From: Prasinococcaceae sp. CCMP 1430
Taxonomy: Eukaryota; Plantae; Prasinodermophyta
NCBI GenBank assembly: GCA_013416795.1
Contig: RQSC01000004.1
Span: 287,544-351,543, forward strand
DNA: 64,000 nt
Direction of reading: 5' to 3'
Shown here: piece by piece, positions 32,765 through 43,893 of the stretch
Numbering within the stretch: the stretch's first letter is position 1
How the letters are laid out: the number at the start of each line of letters is the position of its first letter
Made by a program: the position numbers and the translations under genes
The notes under the pieces: generated by a model
Told to the model about the DNA's origin: nothing
The model's database searches: none
Seen by the model: the letters and a program-made list of their open reading frames with translations, nothing else

Positions 32765-33295
32765 ATGGAAGAATTAAACCCTAGTCAAGGGGCGGCGCGG
32801 CGGGCGGGGCGCGCGACCCCGCCGCCGTCGACGTTCCGGAGGCGCCGTTTCGAGCGCGCGTCGCGCGCGGGGGGCGCCCGACCGCCTCTGCGCTTCGCGC
32901 TCACCGCCGCGGCAGCGGCAGCGGCTGTGGCCGCGCCGCCGCTGGCAACGTCAGCCCCCCCTCTCGCGGTGGCGGCGCCCGGCGCTGCGCTGCTCGCTGG
33001 CCGTACTCGGGGCTTCGCCAAGCGGCCGCCGCAGCCTGCTGTGGACCCGCGCAGCGTCACCGAGGAGCCGACGCACGTGTGGGGACTCAACATCCGCAAG
33101 GGCGGTGAGGACCCACCTGTGGGCGCAGACGAGGACTACCCCGAGTGGGTGTTTTCGCTCGCGGACGAAATGCCCACGCTCGCGCAGCTCGAGCGCATAC
33201 CGCCAGAGGAGCGCACGCCCGCGCAGGAGAAGCGCATGGCGAGGCTGTCGAGGCGCGCGCACATCAAGGCGAAGAACGCCTCCAAGTCCTTCTAA
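32765..33295 (+). CDS. MRPL54: Mitochondrial ribosomal protein mL54 (Ribosomal_L37 family); start uncertain
   Basis: GLNIRKGGEDPPVGADEDYPEWVFSL..RRAHIKAKN, preceded by an Arg/Ala-rich presequence ending TRGFA. Confidence 0.87.
   Translation: MEELNPSQGAARRAGRATPPPSTFRRRRFERASRAGGARPPLRFALTAAAAAAAVAAPPLATSAPPLAVAAPGAALLAGRTRGFAKRPPQPAVDPRSVTEEPTHVWGLNIRKGGEDPPVGADEDYPEWVFSLADEMPTLAQLERIPPEERTPAQEKRMARLSRRAHIKAKNASKSF
32776..32783 (+). promoter_or_regulatory. Telo-box AAACCCTA near the 5' end of the mL54 gene
   Basis: Exact AAACCCTA. Telo-boxes are characteristic of plant translation-machinery promoters. Confidence 0.55.
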
Positions 33296-33639
33296 TAGAG
33301 GAATCGCGCGCTGTGGTGCCGGGGCGGGCGTCTGAGCCGCCGCGCTCTGCGGCGCATGTTGGCAGGGCGAGAGTCGCGTAGGGTGGCGATGGGACGCGAT
33401 GTGTTTCCTCCGATGCCCTCGTCGCGGGCAAATTTGTGTGATAAGTATTCTACCATTTCCTCACCTGCGGTCGCACACCGACGGGCAGCCACGAGCAGCC
33501 ACACGGAGCGTCGCCGGCTCTCGCGGCGCTCTCAGTCCTGGGGGAGCCTATCAGCGCGCGTTGCACGGCGTGTGCGGTTGCAGTATTCTACAAGTATCTT
33601 ACAGCAGCCACGAGCCCCCCCCCCCGGGCCCCGACCGAC

Positions 33640-35634
33640 TCAGCGGTCGTCGCTCGCCGACGAATTGCTGCCTGACGCGGTCACGGGCTGCCCTGGCGAG
33701 TCGGAGAGGCGCAGGAGGCGCGAGGCCTCCTTGCCTGCGGTAGCGCTCTTCGGCGCAGCATTGCACAGCCTCGCAATCAGTTTCCCTTTCGTTGACGTTC
33801 CCTGAGGCAGCCCTTGGCGCTCGCACGCGCTGAGGAGCTCGCGTGCCTTGCGCTGCATCATCCAGTCGAGCAATGCCTCGTCGGAGAGCGCCTCGGCATC
33901 GGCTTCGGACAGGCCTGTCGCAACGCACGCCCACTCTAGCTGCCCACGCTTGCGCCCCTCGACCGACGCACGTGCACGCGTGAGACGCGCGCGCGAAAAG
34001 CGGTTCAATGGATTCGTGTCCTTCGGTGGATCCCGCGGAGGAGGCGGAGATGACTCGCCCGCGAACGAGCCGTTGTCGCTAGCGGCCAGCTCACCGGCAC
34101 GCTGGTCGGCGCGGACGTCGTGCTCCTTCGTCTCGTCTGAAACGGCAGCCAAATCCGAGGGGCGCAGTGCCTCCAGCGAGAGGTCAGCGTACGCGGCAGT
34201 TGCCGCCACGGCGGCGGCATCGCTCTCGTCAACCGCGGCATCGTCGTCGCGGGCAGTTGCCGTCGGGAAGGGCGCGCGCCGACCACCTTCGCACGCCGGG
34301 CACAGCACGTAACCCCAGCCGCCGCACAGCGCGCACGACAGATTGACGGCGGTGGGCTCAAGCCCGCACGAGGGGCACACACGTCGGCCTGTGTTGTCGC
34401 ACACTCGACACTCGGTCGGAGCGAGGCCCTTGCCGCGCCTGCGACCGCTCTTCCCAGTGTCTGTTGTGGCGCTCTCGAGCATCCGCCGCGCCTGCGTGAA
34501 TTTGAGGCGCGTGCGGAGATCTTCAACCTTTCCCGCCGTGGGAACGCCGTAGAGCATGAGCGCTTTCTGTAGCATGCGTTTGTACATGGCATCGATCTCG
34601 GTGACCGTGAAGAGCGGCGGCGTCGACGACCCATACTCGTCATTCGCGTCGGAGGCGTCGGGTTCCTCCGCCCACTCACCCATACCCTTTCCTAGTGGCA
34701 CGCCACCGCCCAGCTGTCCCCTTTGCACCGGCGCGCCGCCGCCCCTGCCCTCGTTGGCCAGCCTCGCCGCGCCAGAAGGCTGCGGGAACTGCATATTGCG
34801 CCTGCGCGAGGTGTTCAGTAGCATCTTCTCGAGCTGCTTGTACGTTGGGCGCTGCTCGACGACACCGAGAGGCGCGTAGCGACTGCCACCGTCCAGCAGC
34901 GCGTAGACGGCCCAGCCGTCGGGGTAGGCACGCATGACGCGCACGACACCGCTCCCAGGCGTCTTGAATATGCCCGTTCGCGGGTTGCCCACGCGAACTT
35001 CGTACAGCTCGAAGCACGGCGCGAACGACTCGACGAACTCCTCTGCCCGGCGACGCGCGGCGCCGAAGCCGAAGTCGGACACGCCGAAAGCGTCGGCGCG
35101 CTCGCTCCACTCCGGGTTGATGACGAGCAGCGGCTCGCCGCGCGCGGCGCGTGCCTTCTCAATTGCGACAACTTTTTCCAACGTGTCGCCGTAGGGCGTC
35201 ACCACCGCAGCGACCGCCCCGGGCCGCGCCTCGGCGCGCCGCAGCAGCGCGCTCGGCTCGGTGCCGTCGTCATCCAGACGCTCCGACACGACCTCGCCCG
35301 CGGCTGAGCCGTCCAGTGCGTCGAGCAGCGCGGCACCCATGAGGCGTGCTATGCGGAACTCCTCCGCGGCGGTCGCTTCCCCTGTCGAGTTCGTCGACAT
35401 GTAGTTTGCGCGCCGAGCACCGCTCGGCAGAAGCCACCGCACGCGCACGCGGCTCACGCCCGCGTCGAGCGCGCGCCGCACGGCGCGCGCCGTGGACTGC
35501 ACAACATCCTGCGGCGTTGTTGGCAGCGCGGGGACGCCCGCACGCGACGCCCCCGGCCCGCTGCTCTCGTAGCCATCCCCCACGCATGCGGCCGGCCGGG
35601 CGCGCCGCAGCTGCGCTCGCGCGCGCGCACGTGC
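33640..35634 (-). CDS. DUF1995 protein fused to SAP-like and DnaJ-type zinc-finger domains (5' end interrupted by N)
   Basis: DUF1995-like LPTTPQDVVQSTARAVRRALDAG, PLLVINPEW, VMRAYPDGWAVY, QRPTYKQLE. SAP-like LQKALMLYGVPTAGKVEDLRTRL. Four CxxC pairs. Confidence 0.78.
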   Translation of the reverse strand, partial: ARARARAQLRRARPAACVGDGYESSGPGASRAGVPALPTTPQDVVQSTARAVRRALDAGVSRVRVRWLLPSGARRANYMSTNSTGEATAAEEFRIARLMGAALLDALDGSAAGEVVSERLDDDGTEPSALLRRAEARPGAVAAVVTPYGDTLEKVVAIEKARAARGEPLLVINPEWSERADAFGVSDFGFGAARRRAEEFVESFAPCFELYEVRVGNPRTGIFKTPGSGVVRVMRAYPDGWAVYALLDGGSRYAPLGVVEQRPTYKQLEKMLLNTSRRRNMQFPQPSGAARLANEGRGGGAPVQRGQLGGGVPLGKGMGEWAEEPDASDANDEYGSSTPPLFTVTEIDAMYKRMLQKALMLYGVPTAGKVEDLRTRLKFTQARRMLESATTDTGKSGRRRGKGLAPTECRVCDNTGRRVCPSCGLEPTAVNLSCALCGGWGYVLCPACEGGRRAPFPTATARDDDAAVDESDAAAVAATAAYADLSLEALRPSDLAAVSDETKEHDVRADQRAGELAASDNGSFAGESSPPPPRDPPKDTNPLNRFSRARLTRARASVEGRKRGQLEWACVATGLSEADAEALSDEALLDWMMQRKARELLSACERQGLPQGTSTKGKLIARLCNAAPKSATAGKEASRLLRLSDSPGQPVTASGSNSSASDDR

Positions 35635-36274
35635 NGGGAGGGGGCGTGGCGGCCGCGCGCCCGCGCGCGCTCCCTCATCCGCTCGCGCGCGCCCCGGGCG
35701 CCGCTCCAGGGGTAACAAACGGCGTCATCAACCCAACGAGATGCACTCTCACGCCAGTGCAGTTTGCTCATTCATCCAACGCACCGCCCGCGCGCGCGCG
35801 CAGCGATTGCCCCATCGAATCGCAAGGCGCTGAGCCGCACCTTCGCAAAGCAGCGCCGCGCATGCGGGGAAACCGAACCAACGCGAACGGGAGGGGCGCG
35901 CGCATACTACGGACGTGAACCCCGCTCGAACCCGGTCTGAGCGCTAGGGTTCGCTGGATTGACCGTCTTCAGCGGCTTAGACCCGGTCGTCCGCGCGCGG
36001 TCACCCCGGGCTGTGCCTCCTCTGAACCCCAGGTGAGTGTGCGCCCTGATGAGGAGCCGGAGCCGCCGGGCGCCGCTCGTGGTCAGCGGGTGCGGCGCGC
36101 ACTCACCGAGTGACCGTGGGCCTCGGCGCCACAGCGCACGCGCGAGGGCGGCGCGCGGACCGGGGCTGCCTCCCGCCGCTGCATCGCGCGCGGGCGCGTG
36201 GTGCGGGCGCGGGCGCCCGAGAGTGGCGCGGCGGCGGCCACGGCCCCACTCGGGCTCGGTGAGGAGCGGGCACG

Positions 36275-37654
36275 ATGGCGCCGCGGAGGGAGAGGACCTC
36301 GGGGTCTAGGTCGGGCGCCAGTAAGGACGCCGTGAAGGTGCGCTGCCTGCGCCGCCCGCGCTCGAGGGGGGGCTTCGCCGCGCTGTGGAACGGGAGGACT
36401 TTCTTTCCGCCGAAGCGCGTGAAGTGGCGCCCCCGCGCGCGCGCCGCCGCTGACCCTCGCTCTGGCCTCCACGCAATGCAGCGCCCGCCTCCGTTCCTGC
36501 AGAAGACGTGGGAGATGCTGGAAGAGAAGGAGACAGACGGCACGGTCTCCTGGTCGGAGGACGGCAAGTCGTTCATCGTGTGGCGCCCCGACGTGCTGCA
36601 GAACGAGCTGCTGCCCAAATACTTCAAGCACCAAAACTACTCGAGCTTCGTGCGGCAGCTGAATACGTACGGCTTCCGCAAGGTGAACCCCGACAGGTGG
36701 GAGTTCGCGCAGGAGCACTTCCGGCGCGATGACAAGGACCGTATGGTCCAAATCGTGCGCAAGAGGCCGTCGAAAAAGGAGGCAGCTGCGGGCGCCGGGG
36801 ACGGCTCCGGCGGCGGCAACGCAGGGATCCTCCTCCCGGGCGGCGCGCACTCGGCGGTGCCGCCGATTGAGGTGGGCAATTTTGGCGGGCTCGACCAGGA
36901 GTTTGACAGGATGAAGCGCGACAACAGCGTGCTTACCATGGAGCTCCTGCGCATGCGGCAGGAGCAGCAGCAGATGAGGCAGGAGATGGCCGAGATGCGC
37001 TCGCGGCAGGACCACGCGGAGAGCGTGCAATCGGCCATGATGAACTACGCGCTGCAGGACCCGTACTCGTTCAAGCTCCTCCTGGAGCGGTACCAGAATG
37101 CCAAGGGCATGAAAGACTCGTCGAGCCGCAAGCGGCGCGCGCTTGAACAAGGCGAGCAGACTGCCGCGGCCGAACCCCTCTCTACGTCCCTGATGCTCCG
37201 CGATCAACCGCAGAGCTTCTACGAGGGGGCTGCCAGGGGGCCGATCATCGAGCCCGTGAGCTCGCCTTCCAAATTGGAGGAGCTCGACGACGCGGACGAC
37301 GCTATTATGACGCCCGCGGCGCGCAACAGTCTGAGACAGCAGGGCACAAGCATCGAGGGCGGAGGCGTTGGGGGCATGGTCGGCGCGCAGTTGGCAACAG
37401 CCTCAGCCCCGTTGGAAGACACTTTCGCTGCAATTTCGATGGGGAAGGGCGGGCGGGCGGACGGGGCGGGGCCTTCGAGGGGCCTGGGCCTGCAAGAAGC
37501 GCTGCAGATGCAGCCACCCGCCTCCGTGCCCGTGCACCCGCAGGCTGTCGAGGAGCTAAGTCCGGACGACCGGCTGATGTCGCTTGGATCGGTTGACAAC
37601 GACCTGCTCAGCGCACTGCTGGAGGGCCTGGACGTGCCTATTAGGGAGGACTGA
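36275..37654 (+). CDS. Heat shock transcription factor, class A-like (probable intron 36338-36481)
   Basis: PPPFLQKTWEML..VSWSEDGKSFIVW..LLPKYFKHQNYSSFVRQLNTYGFRKVNPDRWEFA DNA-binding domain, HR-A/B coiled coil, RKRR NLS. Confidence 0.95.
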   Translation: MAPRRERTSGSRSGASKDAVKVRCLRRPRSRGGFAALWNGRTFFPPKRVKWRPRARAAADPRSGLHAMQRPPPFLQKTWEMLEEKETDGTVSWSEDGKSFIVWRPDVLQNELLPKYFKHQNYSSFVRQLNTYGFRKVNPDRWEFAQEHFRRDDKDRMVQIVRKRPSKKEAAAGAGDGSGGGNAGILLPGGAHSAVPPIEVGNFGGLDQEFDRMKRDNSVLTMELLRMRQEQQQMRQEMAEMRSRQDHAESVQSAMMNYALQDPYSFKLLLERYQNAKGMKDSSSRKRRALEQGEQTAAAEPLSTSLMLRDQPQSFYEGAARGPIIEPVSSPSKLEELDDADDAIMTPAARNSLRQQGTSIEGGGVGGMVGAQLATASAPLEDTFAAISMGKGGRADGAGPSRGLGLQEALQMQPPASVPVHPQAVEELSPDDRLMSLGSVDNDLLSALLEGLDVPIRED

Positions 37655-37884
37655 GCCCCTTTATCGGCAGCTCCCGACTTGCGCACGCGCGCCCCCGTAC
37701 ATATGTAGTATAACAAGAAGGAATGGGCAATGGGGGACAACCCACCCACCATATACATTGTCATCATCGAAGTGACGCGTCACTTGGCCGATGCCGCGGG
37801 GGCAGAGTCTCTCGGAGGCTCGCACTGCTACCGCCGCTACCGCCGCCTCTGCCACGCGCGCTTTGAGGCTCTCGTGCCGCCAAA

Positions 37885-40283
37885 TTATTTACGCAGGAGG
37901 GCATACGCAGCTAGTAGCACAGCGGCTGCAATGGCGCCGAGCGCCACCCCATGGCCTCCGAACGCCGCCGGCCGCGCGCGACGCAACTCGCAGCACATGA
38001 ATTGGGAGCGCGCGGCGTCCAGCTCGTCGATGGCATACCTCTCGAAGGAGATGGCAGCGGTGAGGAGCGACGCACTCACGCGATGGGCCTGGCCCAGGTC
38101 ACCCGACCACAGCGTTTCAGCCAACGTGACGAAGCGCTCCTCGAGTGAGTCGAGGTCGCGCTCAACGGCAGCCAGCGTGGCGTGCGGCAGCGGAGGATCG
38201 GGCCGACTCGGGTCGTGGTAGAGCGCGTCAATGGCCGACGGCAACCTCGAGCCCACATCACCGTCACGGTCAGCGCCATCGAGGGCGGCGGGCGTCACCC
38301 GCCCGCCCATGGGGTCGCGCAAGTGCTCGTCGACGAATCCTTCGATGTGCGCCAATGCAGTTGCCACCTTGGCGGCTGCAGTGTCGGCCCGTGCGAGTGC
38401 CGCGCCGCGCTGCGCCGCGCCCACGAGCGCCTTGCTCACGGAATGGAACGCTGCAGGCGCGAATGCCCCGAAAGGATGTGCGCCCGCAGCCCACATCCAG
38501 GCCTCCTTCCTCTCCTCGTGCGCCGAGCTCCAGCGCTCGTGCGGATCAGCGGCGCCTGCGAGGGCGCGGGCCACACCGGCGACGATCGGGCCCATGGCCC
38601 TGCGCGCGTCCACGGTCACCGTGCGACCTTGCGAGACAAACGCGAGCGGCAGCGCCTCCTCCGCTGTCTGCAGCACAGCCACGCCGTCTGGGGCGGACGC
38701 CACGAGGCTCTCTCCGTCCATGGCAGTTCCGCGCGGCAGGCCAGTGCACGAAAAAAGATACACAGGCAGCACGTGCGTCCCCCCGCTAAAGGCCGAGCCC
38801 ACGTCGCCGGCCTCGGACAGAAATGCTGCCGCCTTGCGAGCGTTGCCCTGCGAGCCTTCGCTCGTGGCGGTGTCTGCCTGACGCAATCCCTGCGTGAGCA
38901 CGTCTCGCGCGGATCGTAGCTCCTCAAGCAGGCGCGCTCCGTGCACGCGCGGCCTGCGCCGCGTGACGTGCGCGCCGGTCGTGTCCGCACCGCCAGCCGC
39001 GGTGGCCGACGCTAGCGCCATGGCGATCGCCGGGTGATCGGCCATGCTCTGCAAAGTCGGCACGACCACGATCTTCTGGCCAGGCAACGCCAGCGCCCTG
39101 AGCTCGTGCTCCAGCTTCTCAACGTCAATGTACGTGCCCATCGAAGCGCTGCTTCTCTTTGCAAGCGGGTCGAAACTCTCGTGGTCAACGAATACCACTA
39201 GCGGCACCAGCACGCGCTCGGCTGCCATGGTTGTGTGAGGCGCCTCCACCACATCCGGCGCGAAGAGGTGCTGCACTGCCGACCTCGCGACGTCGGCGAC
39301 GCGCCCGCGCAGCTGCGCGTCGGCGGCCTCCTGCGGCATGCCCGAACCGTACCTCATTTCGTCCTCATGGTAGTCGGCGACACGCGGGAGGGTCAAAGGA
39401 CCAACCGCGCCTCCCACGCCATCCTCATCCTGCCCGGCGCGCCCGAGCGCGCACGGGCCAGCCGACAGGTCGACGACCGCGTACTCGCCTTCGCTGACCC
39501 ACGCGGCCGTCAGGCCGCCGCCTCCGTACCGGTAGCGGTACATGTATCCTCCCTCGTCGACGACCGGGCGCATCGTCGCGACGCGCTCGCTGGCTTTCTG
39601 CTCCTTCGTGCGTGGGTCTAGCACGTGCTTGTTCGGGCTGAGGACGATCAGCGCCGCGCGACCCGACTTGCCCACGGTCTCCTTGTACAGATTGCTCAAC
39701 GCGCCCTGGACACTCTTGGAGGCTTCGACATTGAATACGGGCACGTTGACGGTGCCCTCAACATTAGCGTCGTCCTTCGACACGGCAAGCACGGCCTCGT
39801 CGCCCGCGAAGACCATGTTCGAGGACAGCTCGCGGCTCACGTCCCTCAGCCTCCTGGCATCTGCGTGCGTCACGCGCCACTGGATCTCGAGCTTGGCCCC
39901 AAGAAGCTCTGCGCCCCGCGCGCCGCGCGCGCCGCCCGTGAGTTTCGCAGGCCTGCGATACGGAAGCGTGGCGTTCAGCAGCCTCTCTAGCTTGCCTGCG
40001 TCCATGGCGTGCGCGTTCTCTCCGTCTCCATTGAGCCCTACAAGCACGACGTCAACCTCGAGTGGCGCCACGAACGGCACGCGCTCGACGCCGTCGGGGG
40101 CGCCCGGGTGGTGCACGGCGTGGCGAGAGTGCAGCATGTCGTGTGCGCTGCGCCCCGCGGTCGACACCATCCGCGATAGCACGCGCTCCGACCACGGGCG
40201 GAACCGGAAGCCGGCGCCCGGCGCGTCCGGGTCGCCGCCCGCGTCCGTCCCCGCCGCAGGCACCGCCGCCGCAGCCGCCGCCG
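37885..40283 (-). CDS. Conserved green-lineage lumenal protein with C-terminal TM (At4g16180-like); 5' end in gap
   Basis: PLEVDVVLVGLNGDG, YMYRYRYGGGG..VVDLSAGPC, LFAPDV, VLPVYLFS, WMWAAGAHPFGAF and a C-terminal TM helix match my recollection of this plant family. Confidence 0.8.
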
Positions 40284-40463
40284 NNNNNNNNNNNNNNNNN
40301 NNNNNNNNNNNNNNNNNNNNNNNNNNNNNNNNNNNNNNNNNNNNNNNNNNNNNNNNNNNNNNNNNNNNNNNNNNNNNNNNNNNNNNNNNNNNNNNNNNNN
40401 NNNNNNNNNNNNNNNNNNNNNNNNNNNNNNNNNNNNNNNNNNNNNNNNNNNNNNNNNNNNNNN
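40284..40463. other. Assembly gap (N run)
   Basis: Run of N. Confidence 0.99.
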
Positions 40464-40699
40464 GCACGCGAAGCAGAGCGCCGCGCCGGCGTCCCGCGGA
40501 GTTCAACGCGCTCGCGCCCGGCCCAAACGGGTCGCCGAACGCGCGGAGCGCGCGCGCGAACGCGCGCGCCCGCCGCAAAACGATAATAACGGCGCGCGTG
40601 CCGGGCGAGACCAATCGCGCGAACAAAAAAAAAGGCCCAAAAAAAAAAAAGAGCGCAGCAGGGGGCGCCTGTCGCGAGCGGGCACCGGTGCCGGGGTTG

Positions 40700-41458
40700 C
40701 GGGGGGGGCGAAGGACGAGGACGAGGCACTGAAGGCGCAGCTATCGGTTGCATGTGCGTGTGCGAATAGCAGGCGGAGCGCGCTGGCGCCGGAGCGGAGC
40801 CGCCGCGCGCGCGGGCGGCGCGCCCTTGTGCGCAGACGCAGCGCCTGAGCGCGCAGCTGACTCGTGCTCGCGGACGCCGCGTCGGCTTCTTGTGCGCACA
40901 GGGCTGCCCGCGCGTGGTCAACCCGGCGCGCGCGAGCGTCGCATGGCAGCGGCAGTGCGATCCGTGCTCGCGTCGGCAGCGGCGTTGCGCATGCTCCCGC
41001 GTACCGCCGTGCGCGTGTCCATCCAGGAGCTCTCCGACGACGGAGGCTTGCTTGCCGCGGCCGTCAACGCAGCGATGGCAGCGCTCGCGGATGCGGGCAT
41101 ACCTTGCTATGGGCTGGTCGCGGCGGCATGCGAGGCGATAGCCGACGCCGAAACACCAGCGTCGCTGGCGGACCCGTGCGCCGCTGAGGAGAATGACGGA
41201 GCATACTCGTGCGTCACTGTCGCCACGCTGCCGTCGGAGTGTAGCGAGGCGGGCGAGGAGGGCGGCGGCGACGTGGTGCTGTGTGAGGCAGGCGGCGGCG
41301 TCCCCGCGCGCGCACGCGTGTCAGCCGAGGCGCTCGCAGCCGCGGTCGCCGCCGCACGTGCTCAGTGCGCAGCTACACGCGAGGAGATGGCGAGTGCGCT
41401 CGAGGCCACACAGGTCTGGAGTGATAGATTACGCGCGCCCGAGGAGGCCTCTGGCTAG
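40700..41458 (+). CDS. RRP46: Exosome RNase PH-like subunit RRP46 (intron 40754-40901; N-terminus missing)
   Basis: Spliced KAQLSVA-WLPARGQPGARER..PRTAVRVSIQELSDDGGLLAAAVNAAMAALADAGIP..ADPCAAEE. Confidence 0.8.
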
Positions 41459-41605
41459 GCGACAGTGCGAGGCCGCGCGTATCTGACGCCGCCCTCGGAG
41501 GTGCGAAGAGCTGCACACAGGCGTGGTGCGTCCACCCGCGTGCCAGATACTCAAATTAATTACATGCACTGTGTAGACTCCCCGCTGCCGCTGCTGCATA
41601 CGCGC

Positions 41606-43070
41606 TCACCCGACTGCGTCCGCCTCACTCGGAACGTGAAGCACGCTCTGGAAGCTCTCCGAGACGACCTCGACAACCTCCGCTGAGAACGTCACACCAT
41701 TGGCACCAGCGTGCAGACCAGCGCAGCCCGCACCGCACGTGTACACCATCGCGGTGAGCCACTCCCAAGACGCGGCCACTCTGCCAGCGGGCGGCGAAGC
41801 GTCCTCATCATCCTCGTGCCACTCTGAGAGTCCCGTGGTGAGGTAGTACAGCAGAGGCGGCATGAGCTGGCACTCGGCGACGAGACCGGCTCCACAGCGT
41901 GTGCACGCGCGCGCTCGCCCCAACGGCGCGCCCTTGAGCGGCCACGCGAGCATCGCTGTTTCATCCGTACCCCCTTCCGGCGAGAAATATCGCGCGCACT
42001 GCTCAGGCGCGCGCTTGAGCCGGCGTTGGAATTTGAGGAACTTGCCGCTGTGCGCGCCGCCCCAGTCAAGCGACGCGGACTCGTACTCTTCAGCGGCGAA
42101 GCTTTCCTTGTCCCCGGAAGCGCCGCCGGCATTGGTGCCGCCACTTCCGCCCTTGCAACCCGCAGTAGCATCCTCCGAGCCCGCCGCTTCGTCTGACGCT
42201 ATGTGCAGAACATCGAGGCGCGCGGGCGGTTGGCGCGAGGAGGTCAGCATGCGCGCGCGTGAGTGGAGACGGGGTTGAAGCGTGCGCGAGGTCACGGGGC
42301 ACACATCGGCGCAAACACACCGTTGTAGCTCTCCAGCAGTTCCGCCGCGTGGATGGCCTCCGCTTTGGCCTCCGAGCCGTCATCCTCGGGCTCGTGCTGC
42401 GCCACCAGCGCGAACGACGGCACGTGCGGCACAGTCTCCGCGTCCTCTGCCTGTTCCTCCTCGCTGGCCGCTGCAAGTGGCTGCTGCGCGCATTCAGCGC
42501 CATCGGCATGCGCCTGCGAGCCACGCGCCTGTGTATGCTGCTGGGCGAGCCCAGCAGCCTCCATGGCGGCGGCGAGGTCCTCCAGCGTGTCGTCCTTGCC
42601 GTCACCGCCGCTGCCACCAGTTGCGCCTCCTTCGCCCCCCCACTCATCGCTGCCACCACTGCCGCCCCAATCGTCGGCGCCGTCGCCACCACCCCAATCG
42701 TCACTCGCACCGCCCCAGTCTTCGGTGGCCGCCGCTGCCACCGCTCTAGCTGGCGGCGCCGCCGCCTGCGGTGCACCCGCGTCTGCGCACTTGCTAGCGC
42801 TGCGCCGCTCGGCGAGCATTGCCGCCCATGCGCCGGACGTTGCGCATCCCTTCGGGCAAGCGCTCACGTACAGCGACCGCTCGGGGGCGCGCGCGGTGGG
42901 CGCGGCCGCCTGCAGCACGAGCACGCGCGGCGCGCCGCACGCGCTGCACACGCCGCAGCCCCACGACTTGGCCGCCTCACCTCGCCCCGTCCCAAGTGCA
43001 CGCGGCGGCGGCTCGCCGCCGAGCCAGTCGGGCGCGCCACCCGCCTTTGTCCCCGCCGCCCCCCACCGCC
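41606..43070 (-). CDS. PDCD2-like/Tsr4 ribosomal protein chaperone (intron 42199-42320; 5' end in gap)
   Basis: TKAGGAPDW, CGVCSAC..LVLQAAAP..RSLYVSAC, FLKFQRRLKRAPEQCARY, CTRCG..ECQLMPPLLYYL, EWLTAMVYTC. Confidence 0.88.
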
Positions 43071-43358
43071 NNNNNNNNNNNNNNNNNNNNNNNNNNNNNN
43101 NNNNNNNNNNNNNNNNNNNNNNNNNNNNNNNNNNNNNNNNNNNNNNNNNNNNNNNNNNNNNNNNNNNNNNNNNNNNNNNNNNNNNNNNNNNNNNNNNNNN
43201 NNNNNNNNNNNNNNNNNNNNNNNNNNNNNNNNNNNNNNNNNNNNNNNNNNNNNNNNNNNNNNNNNNNNNNNNNNNNNNNNNNNNNNNNNNNNNNNNNNNN
43301 NNNNNNNNNNNNNNNNNNNNNNNNNNNNNNNNNNNNNNNNNNNNNNNNNNNNNNNNNN
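43071..43358. other. Assembly gap (N run)
   Basis: Run of N. Confidence 0.99.
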
Positions 43359-43893
43359 GACGGTGGCGGCGGCGGCGGCGGCGACAAAGGCGCGGGCGGG
43401 TGGGGCGGAGGGCGGGCGGGGCGGTGGCGCGCCGGAGCTCGCTATCGCCGCGGCGGTGCTTGCGGTTGGTGCGACGGGATGCGGTGCGATGGCCGCGGCA
43501 TCGACGCGCTACCCGCCGGCGGTTGTGGGCGCGGGTGCCGCCGCAGCATCCGCTGCGTGTGCCGCAACTGCGGCAGCGGTCGCCTCGAAGCGGGACTCGC
43601 CGGCGGCGCTCGCGCGGGCAACGGCCGCGCTGCCCGGAGACATGCGCGCGATTGAGATGCGCCTCAGGGAGCTGGAGAAGCGCAAGTCGGTGACCGAATC
43701 TGCGGCTCGCTCCGCCACGCGCCTTGCCGCGCGCGCGCGCGTCGACGCCAAGGACGCGCAGGCGCTCGAGGACATGAAGCGCCTCATTCGGCGAGGGCCG
43801 CCTCAGTCGCGCCCGTCGCTCCAGCGCACGCCGAGCACCACCGCCGCGCCCCGCTGCGGCATCGCGGCGCACTGGCGGGGTGGAACGGTGTGA
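43359..43893 (+). CDS. Hypothetical protein fragment (2 hydrophobic segments plus coiled coil), 5' in gap
   Basis: Coding-like codon usage; ELAIAAAVLAVG..IEMRLRELEKRKSV. Confidence 0.4.
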
